A DNA stretch of 48,367 nucleotides from a virus: the IMG/VR virus record IMGVR_UViG_3300045988_113246; one strand, given 5' to 3'. Below, in pieces: positions 16,520-25,808 of this stretch; the stretch's first letter is position 1; each line of letters starts with the position of its first letter. The notes under the pieces are model-generated. The model did no database searches, was not told the DNA's origin, and worked only from the letters and a program-made list of their open reading frames with translations. A program made the translations under genes and the position numbers.

Positions 16520-17923
16520 ATGGCAAAGAAAAAAGACACCAGCAAGAGCGCAGCCGAAAGGAAGGCGAACAAAGCCGACATGGTGCAAAGCGAGGTAGTA
16601 GCACTTTCAAGCATCACGCCCAACAAAGGGCAGATACCGGGAGTACCGAAGAACCCTCGCAGTATTCAAGACGGCAAATTTTCCCTTCTTAAACGCAGCA
16701 TAGAGGAAGACCCGGAAATGTTGGGACTTCGCGAAATACTACTTTACAAGTACAACGGCAAGAACATCATCATCGGCGGTAACATGCGCTACCGTGCCTT
16801 AAAAGAATTGGGCTATACCGAAGCTATTGTAAAGTTCCTGCCCGAAAGCACGCCGCCCGAAAAGTTACGCGCTATTGTCATAAAGGATAATAGCGGCTTT
16901 GGCGAGTGGAATTTTGAAGATTTGGCTAACGAGTGGGATGCGTCCGACCTTACGCTGTGGGGCGTGGACGTGCCGGAGTTGGAGAAGGTAAGTACAGAGG
17001 AAGAAGCGCAAGAAGATAACTTTAGCGTAGATGAGCACATGCCAGCCAAGCCGACCGCGAAGTTAGGCGACATTTACGCTTTGGGCAAACACCGCCTTAT
17101 CTGTGCAGACAGCACCAACGCCGACGTAGTGGACTTGCTTGTAGGCGATAGTAAAATAGATTTGTTGCTGACAGACCCACCCTATAACGTGGACTATTCC
17201 AGCAAGAACGAAGCGTTAAACGCGGCAGACAAAGGCAACCGCATACAGAAGGACATCGCCAACGACAAAATGGAAGATAGCCAGTTTCAAGAGTTTCTAA
17301 CGGCAGCTTTCAGCAACGCGAACCGCCACCTAAAGCAAGGGGGCGCGTTTTACATTTGGCACGCAGGAACGGAAGGGCTTAACTTCAAGACCGCGATAAA
17401 GAACGTAGGCTGGGAGTTGAAACAGATGCTCATCTGGGTAAAGAACAATATAGTTTTAGGAAGGCAGGACTACCAATGGCAGCACGAACCCTGCTGTTAC
17501 GGTTGGAAGCCGGGAGCCGGACACTATTTTATAGACAACCGCAGCCAGAGCACCGTATTTGAGGACGAAACGCCCGACTTCGACAGCATGACGAAAGCCG
17601 AGCTGAAGGAGTTGTTACAGAAGGTTTGCGCCCTTCCTTCCACAGTCATACGCGAGGACAAACCGCTAAGAAGCGCAGACCACCCGACGATGAAGCCGTT
17701 AAAGCTCATGGGGCGACTTATACGCAACAGCACGCGACCGGGCGAAGTTGTGTTAGACCTATTCGGAGGAAGCGGCAGCACGCTAATGGCTGCGGAGCAG
17801 TTAGGGCGCGTTTGCTATTCCATTGAGTTAGACCCCTGCTATATAGACGTGATTATTAAACGTTGGGAGGAGTACACGGGCGAGAAAGCGCAGTATTTGG
17901 GTAATTGTGCCAACGAAACATAG
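16520..17923 (+). CDS. ParB-like nuclease domain fused to an N6-adenine/N4-cytosine DNA methyltransferase
   Basis: The N-terminus has ParB-N-like IIIGGNMRYRALKELG. The methyltransferase part has motif IV TDPPY and motif I LDLFGGSGST. Confidence 0.85.
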   Translation: MAKKKDTSKSAAERKANKADMVQSEVVALSSITPNKGQIPGVPKNPRSIQDGKFSLLKRSIEEDPEMLGLREILLYKYNGKNIIIGGNMRYRALKELGYTEAIVKFLPESTPPEKLRAIVIKDNSGFGEWNFEDLANEWDASDLTLWGVDVPELEKVSTEEEAQEDNFSVDEHMPAKPTAKLGDIYALGKHRLICADSTNADVVDLLVGDSKIDLLLTDPPYNVDYSSKNEALNAADKGNRIQKDIANDKMEDSQFQEFLTAAFSNANRHLKQGGAFYIWHAGTEGLNFKTAIKNVGWELKQMLIWVKNNIVLGRQDYQWQHEPCCYGWKPGAGHYFIDNRSQSTVFEDETPDFDSMTKAELKELLQKVCALPSTVIREDKPLRSADHPTMKPLKLMGRLIRNSTRPGEVVLDLFGGSGSTLMAAEQLGRVCYSIELDPCYIDVIIKRWEEYTGEKAQYLGNCANET

Positions 17924-17955
17924 AACAGCAACGAAAACAAAAAATAACAGCACAG

Positions 17956-18396
17956 ATGGCAGCTAAAGATATTGAGCAATACCAATTCAAGCCCGGACAG
18001 AGCGGCAACCCGAAAGGGCGACCGAAGAACCGCGTACCCGACAACCTCGTTAAGATATTCGGCAGCAAGGCGAAGGCAAAGAAATTCTATTGCTTGACAG
18101 CAGCCGAGATTAACGAATGGGAAGCGGTAATACTTACGCTTTCCGCAGAGGATTTGAAGGTATTAGCCAAGTGGAGCGACGCGCCAGCATACCCCAAGGG
18201 GCTGGCGATAGCCGTACTTTCAGACATGAAGAACGGCAAGACAACAACGTTAGACAAACTGCGCGAACGTCAGCACGGCAAGCCGACACAGCGCATGGAG
18301 ATAACGGGCAAGGACGGCGCGGACTTCATGCCAGCGCGGACACTTACCAAGGAGGAAGCAAAGGAATTGTTAGAGAACCTACAAAAGGAATACTAA
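17956..18396 (+). CDS. terS: Terminase small subunit (DUF5681-like)
   Basis: Start taken at MAAKDIEQ. The KPGQSGNPKGRPKN motif is typical of this TerS family. It lies directly upstream of TerL. Confidence 0.6.
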   Translation: MAAKDIEQYQFKPGQSGNPKGRPKNRVPDNLVKIFGSKAKAKKFYCLTAAEINEWEAVILTLSAEDLKVLAKWSDAPAYPKGLAIAVLSDMKNGKTTTLDKLRERQHGKPTQRMEITGKDGADFMPARTLTKEEAKELLENLQKEY

Positions 18397-18399
18397 AAC

Positions 18400-19857
18400 G
18401 TGGAGGATATAAGGGACATAGATATTATAAAGACGTGGACGCTGCAAGGAACGCTAAACTTTACGCGCTACTTCTTCAAGGAGAAATACAAACGTAAGTT
18501 TGTCGTAGGCAAGCATCACGTTAAGATAGCGGAAGCCTTAGATAGGGTTTTTCGCGGTCAGTCTACGCGCCTTATTATCAACATAGCCCCACGTTACGGA
18601 AAGACGGAGTTAGCCGTTAAGAACTTCATAGCGATGGGTTTAGCTATAAACCCGAAGGCAAAGTTTATACATCTTTCGTATTCCGATGATTTGGCACGCG
18701 ACAACTCGCGAGGAGTGCAGGAGATTTTACGAGAAAGCAGCTACCGCCGTTTGTTTCCGGGAACGATGCCTACCAGCGTGAACACGCGCAAATGGTGGAC
18801 TACGGAAGGCGGCGGACTTTACGCCGTGAGTTCAGCCGGACAGGTAACGGGCTTTGGTGCTGGTTTGGTTGATAAGGAGGACGAAGAAGAGTTAGCCGCC
18901 GAGGTAGAAGAACTTGCAACGGTAGGAAGTGAAGCCTTCGGCGGCGCGATAGTCATAGACGACCCGATTAAGCCGGACGATGCCCGAAGCGCGTTAGTAC
19001 GCGACAAGGTAAACCAAAAGTTTGAAACGACCATACGCAACCGCGTGAATAGCCGCAAAACGCCAATTATAATCATTATGCAGCGTTTGGACGAAGATGA
19101 CCTTTGCGGCTACCTTCAAAAGTTAGAGCCGGACGAATGGGAAGTATTAAGCCTTCCTGTCATTGAGATAGACGAGAAAGGCGAAGAAGTACCGCTTTGG
19201 GAGTTCAAACACACGCTGCAAGAGCTTCACGAATTGAAAGATAAAAACCCGTGGGTATTCGATACGCAGTACATGCAGAACCCGAAGCCATTAACGGGAC
19301 TTATGTATGAACGTGAGTTCAAGACCTACGAAGTACTGCCAATAACGAAGAAGCACGTTACCAAGTCATACACGGACACGGCAGACACGGGCGCGGACTT
19401 CCTTTGTACTATTGTCTACGTTGAAACGGAAATAGGAAATTTCGTACTTGACGTTTACTATACCCAAGCACCAATGGAAACGACAGAGCCGGAAACAGCA
19501 CGGCTCCTCACGCGGCACGGAGTGGAAAAAGCGATAGTAGAGAGCAACAACGGGGGGCGCGGCTTTGCGCGTAACGTTGAAAAGCAGTGCCGATTATTGG
19601 GCAACAGCAAGACCGCCGTAACGTGGTTTCATCAAACGTTAAACAAGGACGAACGCATCTTTAACCATTCGGCAGAGGTGCAGAACCTAACCTACTTTCC
19701 AAAAGGCTGGGAACACCTATACCCGAAGTTCCACCAAGATATAACGCAGTACAAGAAGGTAGGTAAGAACGCCCACGATGACGCGCCCGACGCTTTGACG
19801 GGAACAATAGAGAAGCGAAGCGGAAAGCCGCAGAAGTTAAGCAACATATTTCCATAA
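18400..19857 (+). CDS. terL: Terminase large subunit
   Basis: 485 aa with a GTG start. ATPase Walker A-like PRYGKTE, Walker B-like IVIDDP, and a C-terminal nuclease-like region ending NAHDDAPDAL. Confidence 0.8.
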   Translation: MEDIRDIDIIKTWTLQGTLNFTRYFFKEKYKRKFVVGKHHVKIAEALDRVFRGQSTRLIINIAPRYGKTELAVKNFIAMGLAINPKAKFIHLSYSDDLARDNSRGVQEILRESSYRRLFPGTMPTSVNTRKWWTTEGGGLYAVSSAGQVTGFGAGLVDKEDEEELAAEVEELATVGSEAFGGAIVIDDPIKPDDARSALVRDKVNQKFETTIRNRVNSRKTPIIIIMQRLDEDDLCGYLQKLEPDEWEVLSLPVIEIDEKGEEVPLWEFKHTLQELHELKDKNPWVFDTQYMQNPKPLTGLMYEREFKTYEVLPITKKHVTKSYTDTADTGADFLCTIVYVETEIGNFVLDVYYTQAPMETTEPETARLLTRHGVEKAIVESNNGGRGFARNVEKQCRLLGNSKTAVTWFHQTLNKDERIFNHSAEVQNLTYFPKGWEHLYPKFHQDITQYKKVGKNAHDDAPDALTGTIEKRSGKPQKLSNIFP

Positions 19858-19874
19858 CATAACAAAGAGCGATT

Positions 19875-21374
19875 ATGACAATAGAAGAACTTTTAGCCAA
19901 GGTAGCCAAAGGCGAAGGCGAGATTACGGGAGCTATAAACGAGTTGAGGAACGGACGCACCACGCCCGAACCTAATACCATTCAGTACGCCGCGCAGTAC
20001 GACCCCAAGCTGCACGACATCAACGACCCACTAAAACGCCCGGATAAGTTGGTAGTAGTGGATAAGGACAGCGACGAGTACGGAGAGGTAAAGAACATCA
20101 ATCCCAACGTAGAGGAAACGACCGAAGAAGGCTTTAGAATTGAGAAGGTAGCGCGTATAGCGTTAGGTATGCAGAAGCTCATCACAAAACGCGCGGTAGC
20201 CTTCACGTTTGGCAACCCGGTAGCTTACAACGCCAACCCGACAGACGAGAAGGAAAAGGCACTTTTGAACGCTATAAAGCGCGTTTTCTACGATGTCAAG
20301 GAAGGCACGCTTAACCGCAGGGTAGCGCGAAGCCTTTACAGCACTACCGAGGTAGCCGAACTTTGGTATCCTGTGGAAACGGACACGCACGAACTTTACG
20401 GCTTCAAGAAAAACATCAAGTTCAAGGTAGCCATCTTTAGCCCGATGTTCGGCGATAGGCTTTACCCATACTTCGACGAAGCACGCGACCTCGTAGCCTT
20501 TTCGCGTCAGTTCACGCGCAAAGACCGCAACCTCGTTACGCGCACCTACTTTGAAACGTACACCAAGGATAACCACTACTTATGGACGTGCAAAGGACTT
20601 GAAACCGCCACTTCCGGCAATAATTGGGAAATAGTGGAGGGCTACCCCAAGAAACTCACGATAGGCAAAATACCCGTGATTTACGCCAGCCAGCCACAAG
20701 TAGAATGGGAGGACGTGCAAAGCCTTATAGACAGATTGGAAAAACTGCTTTCCAACTTTGCCGATACCAACGACTACCACGCAAGCCCCAAGATATTTGT
20801 AAAGGGCGGCATTAAAGGTTTTTGCCGTAAGGGAGAAGCCGGGGGCATTATTGAGGGCGAGAACGGAGCGGAAGCAACCTACCTATCATGGCAGAACGCG
20901 CCCGAAAGCGTGAAACTTGAAATAGACACGCTCCTGCGCATGATTTACACCATAACGCAAACGCCCGATATTTCATTTGATACGGTAAAAGGTATAGGAG
21001 CGGTTAGCGGCGTAGCCTTAAAATTGCTCTTCATGGACGCGCACCTCAAAGTACAGGACAAAAACGAAGTGTTTGCAGACTATTTGCAACGCCGTATAAA
21101 CATACTTAAAGCCTTCTTCGCCGAAGCCAACTTAGACTGGAAGCAAGCCGCCGACCACTTGATTATAGAACCAAAGATAACGCCGTACATCATCGAAGAT
21201 GAACTTAGCAAGATAAATATTTTGCAAGCAGCCAACGGACAGCGGCAAATAGCGAGCCGACGCGCAACCGTGCAGCGTTTGGGATGGGCAGACGATACGG
21301 ACGAGGAGCTAAAGGAAATCGAAGCCGACGAAGCCAAAGAAAGCAGCTACCAGCAGGGCGAACCCACATTTTAA
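19875..21374 (+). CDS. Portal protein
   Basis: 499 aa, immediately after TerL. Size and position fit an SPP1-type portal. Confidence 0.7.
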   Translation: MTIEELLAKVAKGEGEITGAINELRNGRTTPEPNTIQYAAQYDPKLHDINDPLKRPDKLVVVDKDSDEYGEVKNINPNVEETTEEGFRIEKVARIALGMQKLITKRAVAFTFGNPVAYNANPTDEKEKALLNAIKRVFYDVKEGTLNRRVARSLYSTTEVAELWYPVETDTHELYGFKKNIKFKVAIFSPMFGDRLYPYFDEARDLVAFSRQFTRKDRNLVTRTYFETYTKDNHYLWTCKGLETATSGNNWEIVEGYPKKLTIGKIPVIYASQPQVEWEDVQSLIDRLEKLLSNFADTNDYHASPKIFVKGGIKGFCRKGEAGGIIEGENGAEATYLSWQNAPESVKLEIDTLLRMIYTITQTPDISFDTVKGIGAVSGVALKLLFMDAHLKVQDKNEVFADYLQRRINILKAFFAEANLDWKQAADHLIIEPKITPYIIEDELSKINILQAANGQRQIASRRATVQRLGWADDTDEELKEIEADEAKESSYQQGEPTF

Positions 21375-21471
21375 GCGCAAGCGTATCAAAACAACACGTT
21401 TTAAGACCATATAAGCGCGTTTTCGTGTTCAAGGTGTATGTTTCCATACCCACGGCAAGAAACGCGCTTAT

Positions 21472-23763
21472 ATGCAAAATCCAAAGAAAATAACTATGCC
21501 GGACAACGTAAGAAACCAGCTTATAATACAACTTCGCGGCTTTGACGCACGCCACTACGCCAATACCGAGCGGTACGCCCGGCAGATAGACCGCGTTTAT
21601 AAGACAGCATGCGACGAATACGCACGATTGGGCGCGAGTTTGGACGCACCCGAAGGTGAAGCCGTGTTTTCCTTCGACAAGTACCCACGCGCACGGAAGC
21701 AAGCGCAGGGCATCATGCAACGGCTCGCAAAGAAGGTGGAAAGCGTTATTACTTCCGGGACGCAAAGCGAGTGGCTGGCGGCGACATACAAGAACGACGC
21801 ATTTTTAGGCTCTATTCTTCGCACTTCCAAGCTAACGAAAGAGGAGTTAGAGCAATACCAAGGCAGGAACTTAGAAGCCCTTAACACCTTCCAACGGCGC
21901 AAGGTTGAGGGCATGGGACTAAGCGAGCGCGTATGGAAACAAGCCGAGGACATGAAAGCCGCCATAGAATTAGGTATAGACGTAGCCATCGGCGACGGAA
22001 GGGACGCGCAGCAGTTAAGCCGCGATTTGCGCAGCTACCTCCAAGAACCTAAACGCCTTTACCGCCGTGTTCGCGACAAGGGCGGCGTATTGAGGTTAAG
22101 CAAAGCAGCCAAAATGTACCATCCGGGGCAAGGCGTTTACAGGAGTTCAGCCAAAAACGCGCAGCGATTGGCACGGACAGAAATAAACATGGCTTACCGC
22201 GAAAGCGAGTTTTTGAGGTGGCAGAAGTTGGACTTTGTTGTAGGTTTGCGCATTTGTTTAAGCAACAACCACACGATAATGAACAGCAAGGGCGAACCCG
22301 TGCCTTTGGTGGATATTTGCGACGAGTTATGGGGCGATTACCCTAAAACGTTCAAGTTTGTAGGCTGGCATCCTCAATGCCGTTGCTACGTTGTACCTAT
22401 ATTGTCAGACTACGACGAGTACAACCAAGACCGCGCAAACCGCTTAAAGGCTATTGTACGCGGCACAGCCTACAAAAGTCTGCCTTCACGTCGTTCTGTG
22501 GTGGACGTTCCGCGCAAGTTCCGGGAATACATAGACAGCATATTAGAACGTTCCAAAGGTTGGAAGTCGCAACCTTACTACATTCGCGACAACTTTGTAG
22601 GCGGCAAGATTGAAGGAGGGCTTAACCCAGTTATTCCAACAAAGACGATGAACACCGTACAGCCCTGCACGGAGTTTGACGGACGTATAGCCATGCTTAA
22701 ACGTTGGGCTTACGCTTTCGGATTAGACCTTTCAAACGTGGATAGCCTACGCACGGCAGGAAACCGAGCCGCGCTATTGGCAGAGTTGGAACGGCTGGAC
22801 GAGATAAGCATGAAGCGGCAGGACGCATGGATAGAAGCGTATAACGAACTTTCCAACTTTGCCAAGACGCAAGCCAACGGCAACAAGGAAATTACCGACA
22901 TTTGCGACAAGGAGCTGCGCGACAACGCCGTTACAACTTCGCATTATTACGGAGATTGCACAAGCAAGCTAAAAGCGGCGTTTAGTGCAGTGGTGGCAAA
23001 ACTTGCCAAGATTAAGGCAGAGGAAGCAAAAATAGAGTATTCCAAGAATATGCCCGAAGCACTACAAAAAGGCAAAGAGTATTTAGAAGGCGAAGATTAC
23101 ATTTTTAGAAAAGATTTCTTCGACCTTCTTAAAGAAAAACCAACGCTTAAAATACACCATACGGGTAAAGGCAGTTACGAAGCAGATAAGGGGAAAACTG
23201 TTGTACTTGATAGCGGAAACCGTATTAAGGCTTCAAGTTGGTATAAGAAAAGCGTAGTTTACCATGAGTTCGGACATGCCATCGCAGACCAGCGCAACCT
23301 ACTTTATACGGATAGTGTGCAAGAACTTCGCAAAAAACAGATAGACAGACTACGCAAACGTACAACAATTAAGACAAAAGAAAAGGTGTTGAATACCAAA
23401 ACATGGGAGTACGAGGAAAAAGAAGTTACCAAACACGTCATGAAGGCTAAGATTATTTCGGATAGGTTAGATAGACTTTACTCCAAGATAAGAAGCATGA
23501 AGCCCGAAACATTCACGAAACGGGGTATAACGCAGGATGATGTAATAGAGCAAATCTGCGCAGTACAAGACACGCTTAAAAGCCTTATAAATTCTGTTGG
23601 CTGGGGACATAGTACCAAATACTTTAACATTCCCGGTCATTCAGAACACGAATACTTAGCACATTGTTTTGAAAACACCTTTGCAGAAAACCGCATATTC
23701 CAAAAGTATTTACCAACGGAATATGCGGAAATGATAGGCTTAATAAAGTCGTTGAAATTCTAA
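21472..23763 (+). CDS. MuF/SPP1 gp7-like head morphogenesis protein with a C-terminal HEFGH metalloprotease-like extension
   Basis: 763 aa. The MuF core ends in GWHPQCRCYVVPI. The roughly 430-aa extension contains HEFGH (23263..23277) and a downstream EHEYLAHCFE. Together these resemble the anthrax lethal factor (ATLF) type zinc site. Confidence 0.7.
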   Translation: MQNPKKITMPDNVRNQLIIQLRGFDARHYANTERYARQIDRVYKTACDEYARLGASLDAPEGEAVFSFDKYPRARKQAQGIMQRLAKKVESVITSGTQSEWLAATYKNDAFLGSILRTSKLTKEELEQYQGRNLEALNTFQRRKVEGMGLSERVWKQAEDMKAAIELGIDVAIGDGRDAQQLSRDLRSYLQEPKRLYRRVRDKGGVLRLSKAAKMYHPGQGVYRSSAKNAQRLARTEINMAYRESEFLRWQKLDFVVGLRICLSNNHTIMNSKGEPVPLVDICDELWGDYPKTFKFVGWHPQCRCYVVPILSDYDEYNQDRANRLKAIVRGTAYKSLPSRRSVVDVPRKFREYIDSILERSKGWKSQPYYIRDNFVGGKIEGGLNPVIPTKTMNTVQPCTEFDGRIAMLKRWAYAFGLDLSNVDSLRTAGNRAALLAELERLDEISMKRQDAWIEAYNELSNFAKTQANGNKEITDICDKELRDNAVTTSHYYGDCTSKLKAAFSAVVAKLAKIKAEEAKIEYSKNMPEALQKGKEYLEGEDYIFRKDFFDLLKEKPTLKIHHTGKGSYEADKGKTVVLDSGNRIKASSWYKKSVVYHEFGHAIADQRNLLYTDSVQELRKKQIDRLRKRTTIKTKEKVLNTKTWEYEEKEVTKHVMKAKIISDRLDRLYSKIRSMKPETFTKRGITQDDVIEQICAVQDTLKSLINSVGWGHSTKYFNIPGHSEHEYLAHCFENTFAENRIFQKYLPTEYAEMIGLIKSLKF

Positions 23764-24050
23764 ACAAGGTATAGCCCCCCGTCCGGGATAGAACCTACAA
23801 GCGTCGCTCCTTTGGGCGGCGTTTGTTCGTTTCCGGGATAGACAGCTACAAGCGTAGCAGAACCTTTTAGACATTTGCGCAATATTGTAGCCGCCTTTTC
23901 ATTTGAAGGCTCGGCATAGTGCAAAAGTTGTACTAATTCTTTTTCCTCCATATTGGTAGCAGCATTTAAGTACGCTTCTACTAATAGTTTGTTCGGGACT
24001 ATTGTAACAGGCTTTTTGCCTTCCGTTGTATTGATTTTAGGAACATTCAT
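23760..24050 (-). CDS. Hypothetical protein (accessory island)
   Basis: 96 aa from the MNVPKINT start. Its stop codon overlaps the stop of the convergent MuF-like gene. Confidence 0.45.
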   Translation of the reverse strand: MNVPKINTTEGKKPVTIVPNKLLVEAYLNAATNMEEKELVQLLHYAEPSNEKAATILRKCLKGSATLVAVYPGNEQTPPKGATLVGSIPDGGLYLV

Positions 24051-24058
24051 ATAGCGTA

Positions 24059-24379
24059 TTATTTGAAGATTACTAAACGAGCAATAAACAGAACGGACGC
24101 AAACAAAGAGATACAGGCAGCTATAAAGGTTACTTTGTTCCAATTTATAGGATTTGTAAGGCGTGGATTTGTAGCAAGATATAATTTGCCTTCATCCGTC
24201 AAGACAGAACACGCCAAACCAACCTCCTCAGAGCGGAAGCCACGCGCAAGCCCTTTACGTTGCAGGGAACGAACCGCGCCGTTAAACTTGCTTTTCGGGT
24301 AAGTCGTGGGGCAAACGTCAGTATTCTGCAGCATACGCAAAACCTTCTTTTCTTCCTTTGTCAGTCGTACACGCTCCAT
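24059..24379 (-). CDS. Small protein with a C-terminal membrane anchor
   Basis: 106 aa from the MERVRLTKEEKK start. C-terminal TM segment VTFIAACISLFASVLFIARLVIF. The longer ORF start at 24400 falls inside the predicted promoter box. Confidence 0.5.
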   Translation of the reverse strand: MERVRLTKEEKKVLRMLQNTDVCPTTYPKSKFNGAVRSLQRKGLARGFRSEEVGLACSVLTDEGKLYLATNPRLTNPINWNKVTFIAACISLFASVLFIARLVIFK

Positions 24380-24397
24380 ATAATTGTATTGTTTGCA

Positions 24398-24405
24398 CAA
24401 AGTTA
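24398..24405 (-). promoter_or_regulatory. Candidate -7 box TAACTTTG (minus strand)
   Basis: The reverse complement of caaagtta matches TAnnTTTG, 18 nt upstream of the start at 24379. Confidence 0.4.
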
Positions 24406-24578
24406 TCCATTTTCAAGCATTTACGCAAATCTTTTTAGAGCCGCGAGCGGTACGACCATAACCAAACATAACCACACAGACGCAGCCAAGAACGGCAAAA
24501 AGGGTGTAAACGTACCCAAACGTAACTATTTAGACTAAAATAATCGGGCATTATGTTGTATAGTATTACAACATTCGC

Positions 24579-24586
24579 TATCTTTG
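24579..24586 (+). promoter_or_regulatory. Candidate -7 box TATCTTTG
   Basis: Matches TAnnTTTG, 22 nt upstream of the toxin ATG at 24609. Confidence 0.45.
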
Positions 24587-24608
24587 CACCAACAAAAGTA
24601 CAAAACCA

Positions 24609-24940
24609 ATGAACAGGAAAATTATAGCATATAAGGACTACTTCAACACCTTCTTTGCCGAACTTGACAAAGGAACGCAAGACAAGGTATTATACGTTCT
24701 GATGCTGCTACGCACACAAGACCGCCTACCAACCAAGTTTATAAAGGCGATACGCGACGGGCTTTTGAAGTACGGATAGAGTACAACAGCAATATCTACC
24801 GCATATTCTTTGTATTTGACGGTAACAAGATTGTAGTATTATTTAACGGCTTCCAAAAGAAAACCCAAAAGACACCAACTAACGAGATTAAGAAGGCATT
24901 AAAACTAAAAGAAGAATATTATGCAAGCAAAAGAGATTAA
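24609..24940 (+). pseudogene. HigB/Gp49-like (RelE superfamily) toxin gene interrupted by a frameshift
   Basis: Frame A gives MNRKIIAYKDYFNTFFAELDKGTQDKVLYVLMLLRTQDRLPTKFIKAIRDGLLKYG then a stop at 24777. Another frame continues EYNSNIYRIFFVFDGNKIVVLFNGFQKKTQKTPTNEIKKALKLKEEYYASKRD. Adding one T to the T4 run at 24763..24766 restores DGLFEVRIEYNS. Confidence 0.7.
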
Positions 24941-25232
24941 AAAGGATATTTACGACATCGACGCTTTGATAGATGAACGCTTTGGCAAGGAAGGAACGCC
25001 GGAGCGAGCCGAAGCGGAAGAACGCGCCTATACCTTCTATACGGGCGCGATAATTGAGGACGCACGGAAGAAAGCCAAGATTAGCAAGGCTGAATTAGCG
25101 CGGAGGTTAGGCACAGACCGCGCCTATATAACACGCATCGAAAGCGGACAGATAGAACCGAAAGTTTCTACCTTCTACCGCATCGCCGCCGCCCTCGGTT
25201 GTACCGTTGGACTTATTACGCCGATTGGCTGA
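24921..25232 (+). CDS. HigA-like XRE-family antitoxin
   Basis: 103 aa with the HTH ISKAELARRLGTDRAYITRIESGQ. It overlaps the toxin 3' end by 20 nt. Confidence 0.75.
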   Translation: MQAKEIKKDIYDIDALIDERFGKEGTPERAEAEERAYTFYTGAIIEDARKKAKISKAELARRLGTDRAYITRIESGQIEPKVSTFYRIAAALGCTVGLITPIG

Positions 25233-25255
25233 TACAGCAGCCAGCGCAGAACGAC

Positions 25256-25298
25256 AAAGCCGCCGCGTTACATTGATACGCGACGGCTTTTATATTTT
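25256..25298. terminator. Bidirectional terminator hairpin
   Basis: 12-bp stem with one mismatch, aaagccgccgcg / cgcgacggcttt, flanked by an A-run and a T-run. It lies between convergent genes. Confidence 0.6.
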
Positions 25299-25337
25299 GC
25301 AATAGCGAGAACTACTCAAAACGGGTTATTCGTTTGT

Positions 25338-25808
25338 CTATTTCATTGGAACAACGTAAGTATAAACGACAAAAGAAGTATTATTACCACTTTTGCCTGT
25401 CATTACAAATACATTTTTGCCATACCAATTATAAGACCCATCAGAAAAATCACTATATTTCCCGTATTTTTTAATTAGAGCATTAACAAGGTCATCCGCA
25501 TTTCCATGGGGATAAGCGGCATATATATTTTTAATTCTGTGCTTTTCCGTTTGAACGTAAACAGAAATAGGAGCAACACCACCCAAACGAAATGTAGGCT
25601 CGTCCCGGTCTGCTTCACACTTAAACACTCCTCCGCCCTTTTCTTCCAATAAGTCAAGTTTTGTAAGATAATGGGTAACGTAATCGCCTAATACAATTCC
25701 CCCGAATTTAGGGTTAGCGTTAAGAACTTCGATACTTGCTACCTTCTTTTGTTGTGCCATACCGCAAATCGGGAGTAAGGCAAGGAGAAGAAAAAGTAAT
25801 TTTTTCAT
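25338..25808 (-). CDS. Secreted protein or lipoprotein (moron)
   Basis: 156 aa. N-terminal signal peptide MKKLLFLLLALLPICGMAQQ. Opposite strand to the structural genes. Confidence 0.65.
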   Translation of the reverse strand: MKKLLFLLLALLPICGMAQQKKVASIEVLNANPKFGGIVLGDYVTHYLTKLDLLEEKGGGVFKCEADRDEPTFRLGGVAPISVYVQTEKHRIKNIYAAYPHGNADDLVNALIKKYGKYSDFSDGSYNWYGKNVFVMTGKSGNNTSFVVYTYVVPMK

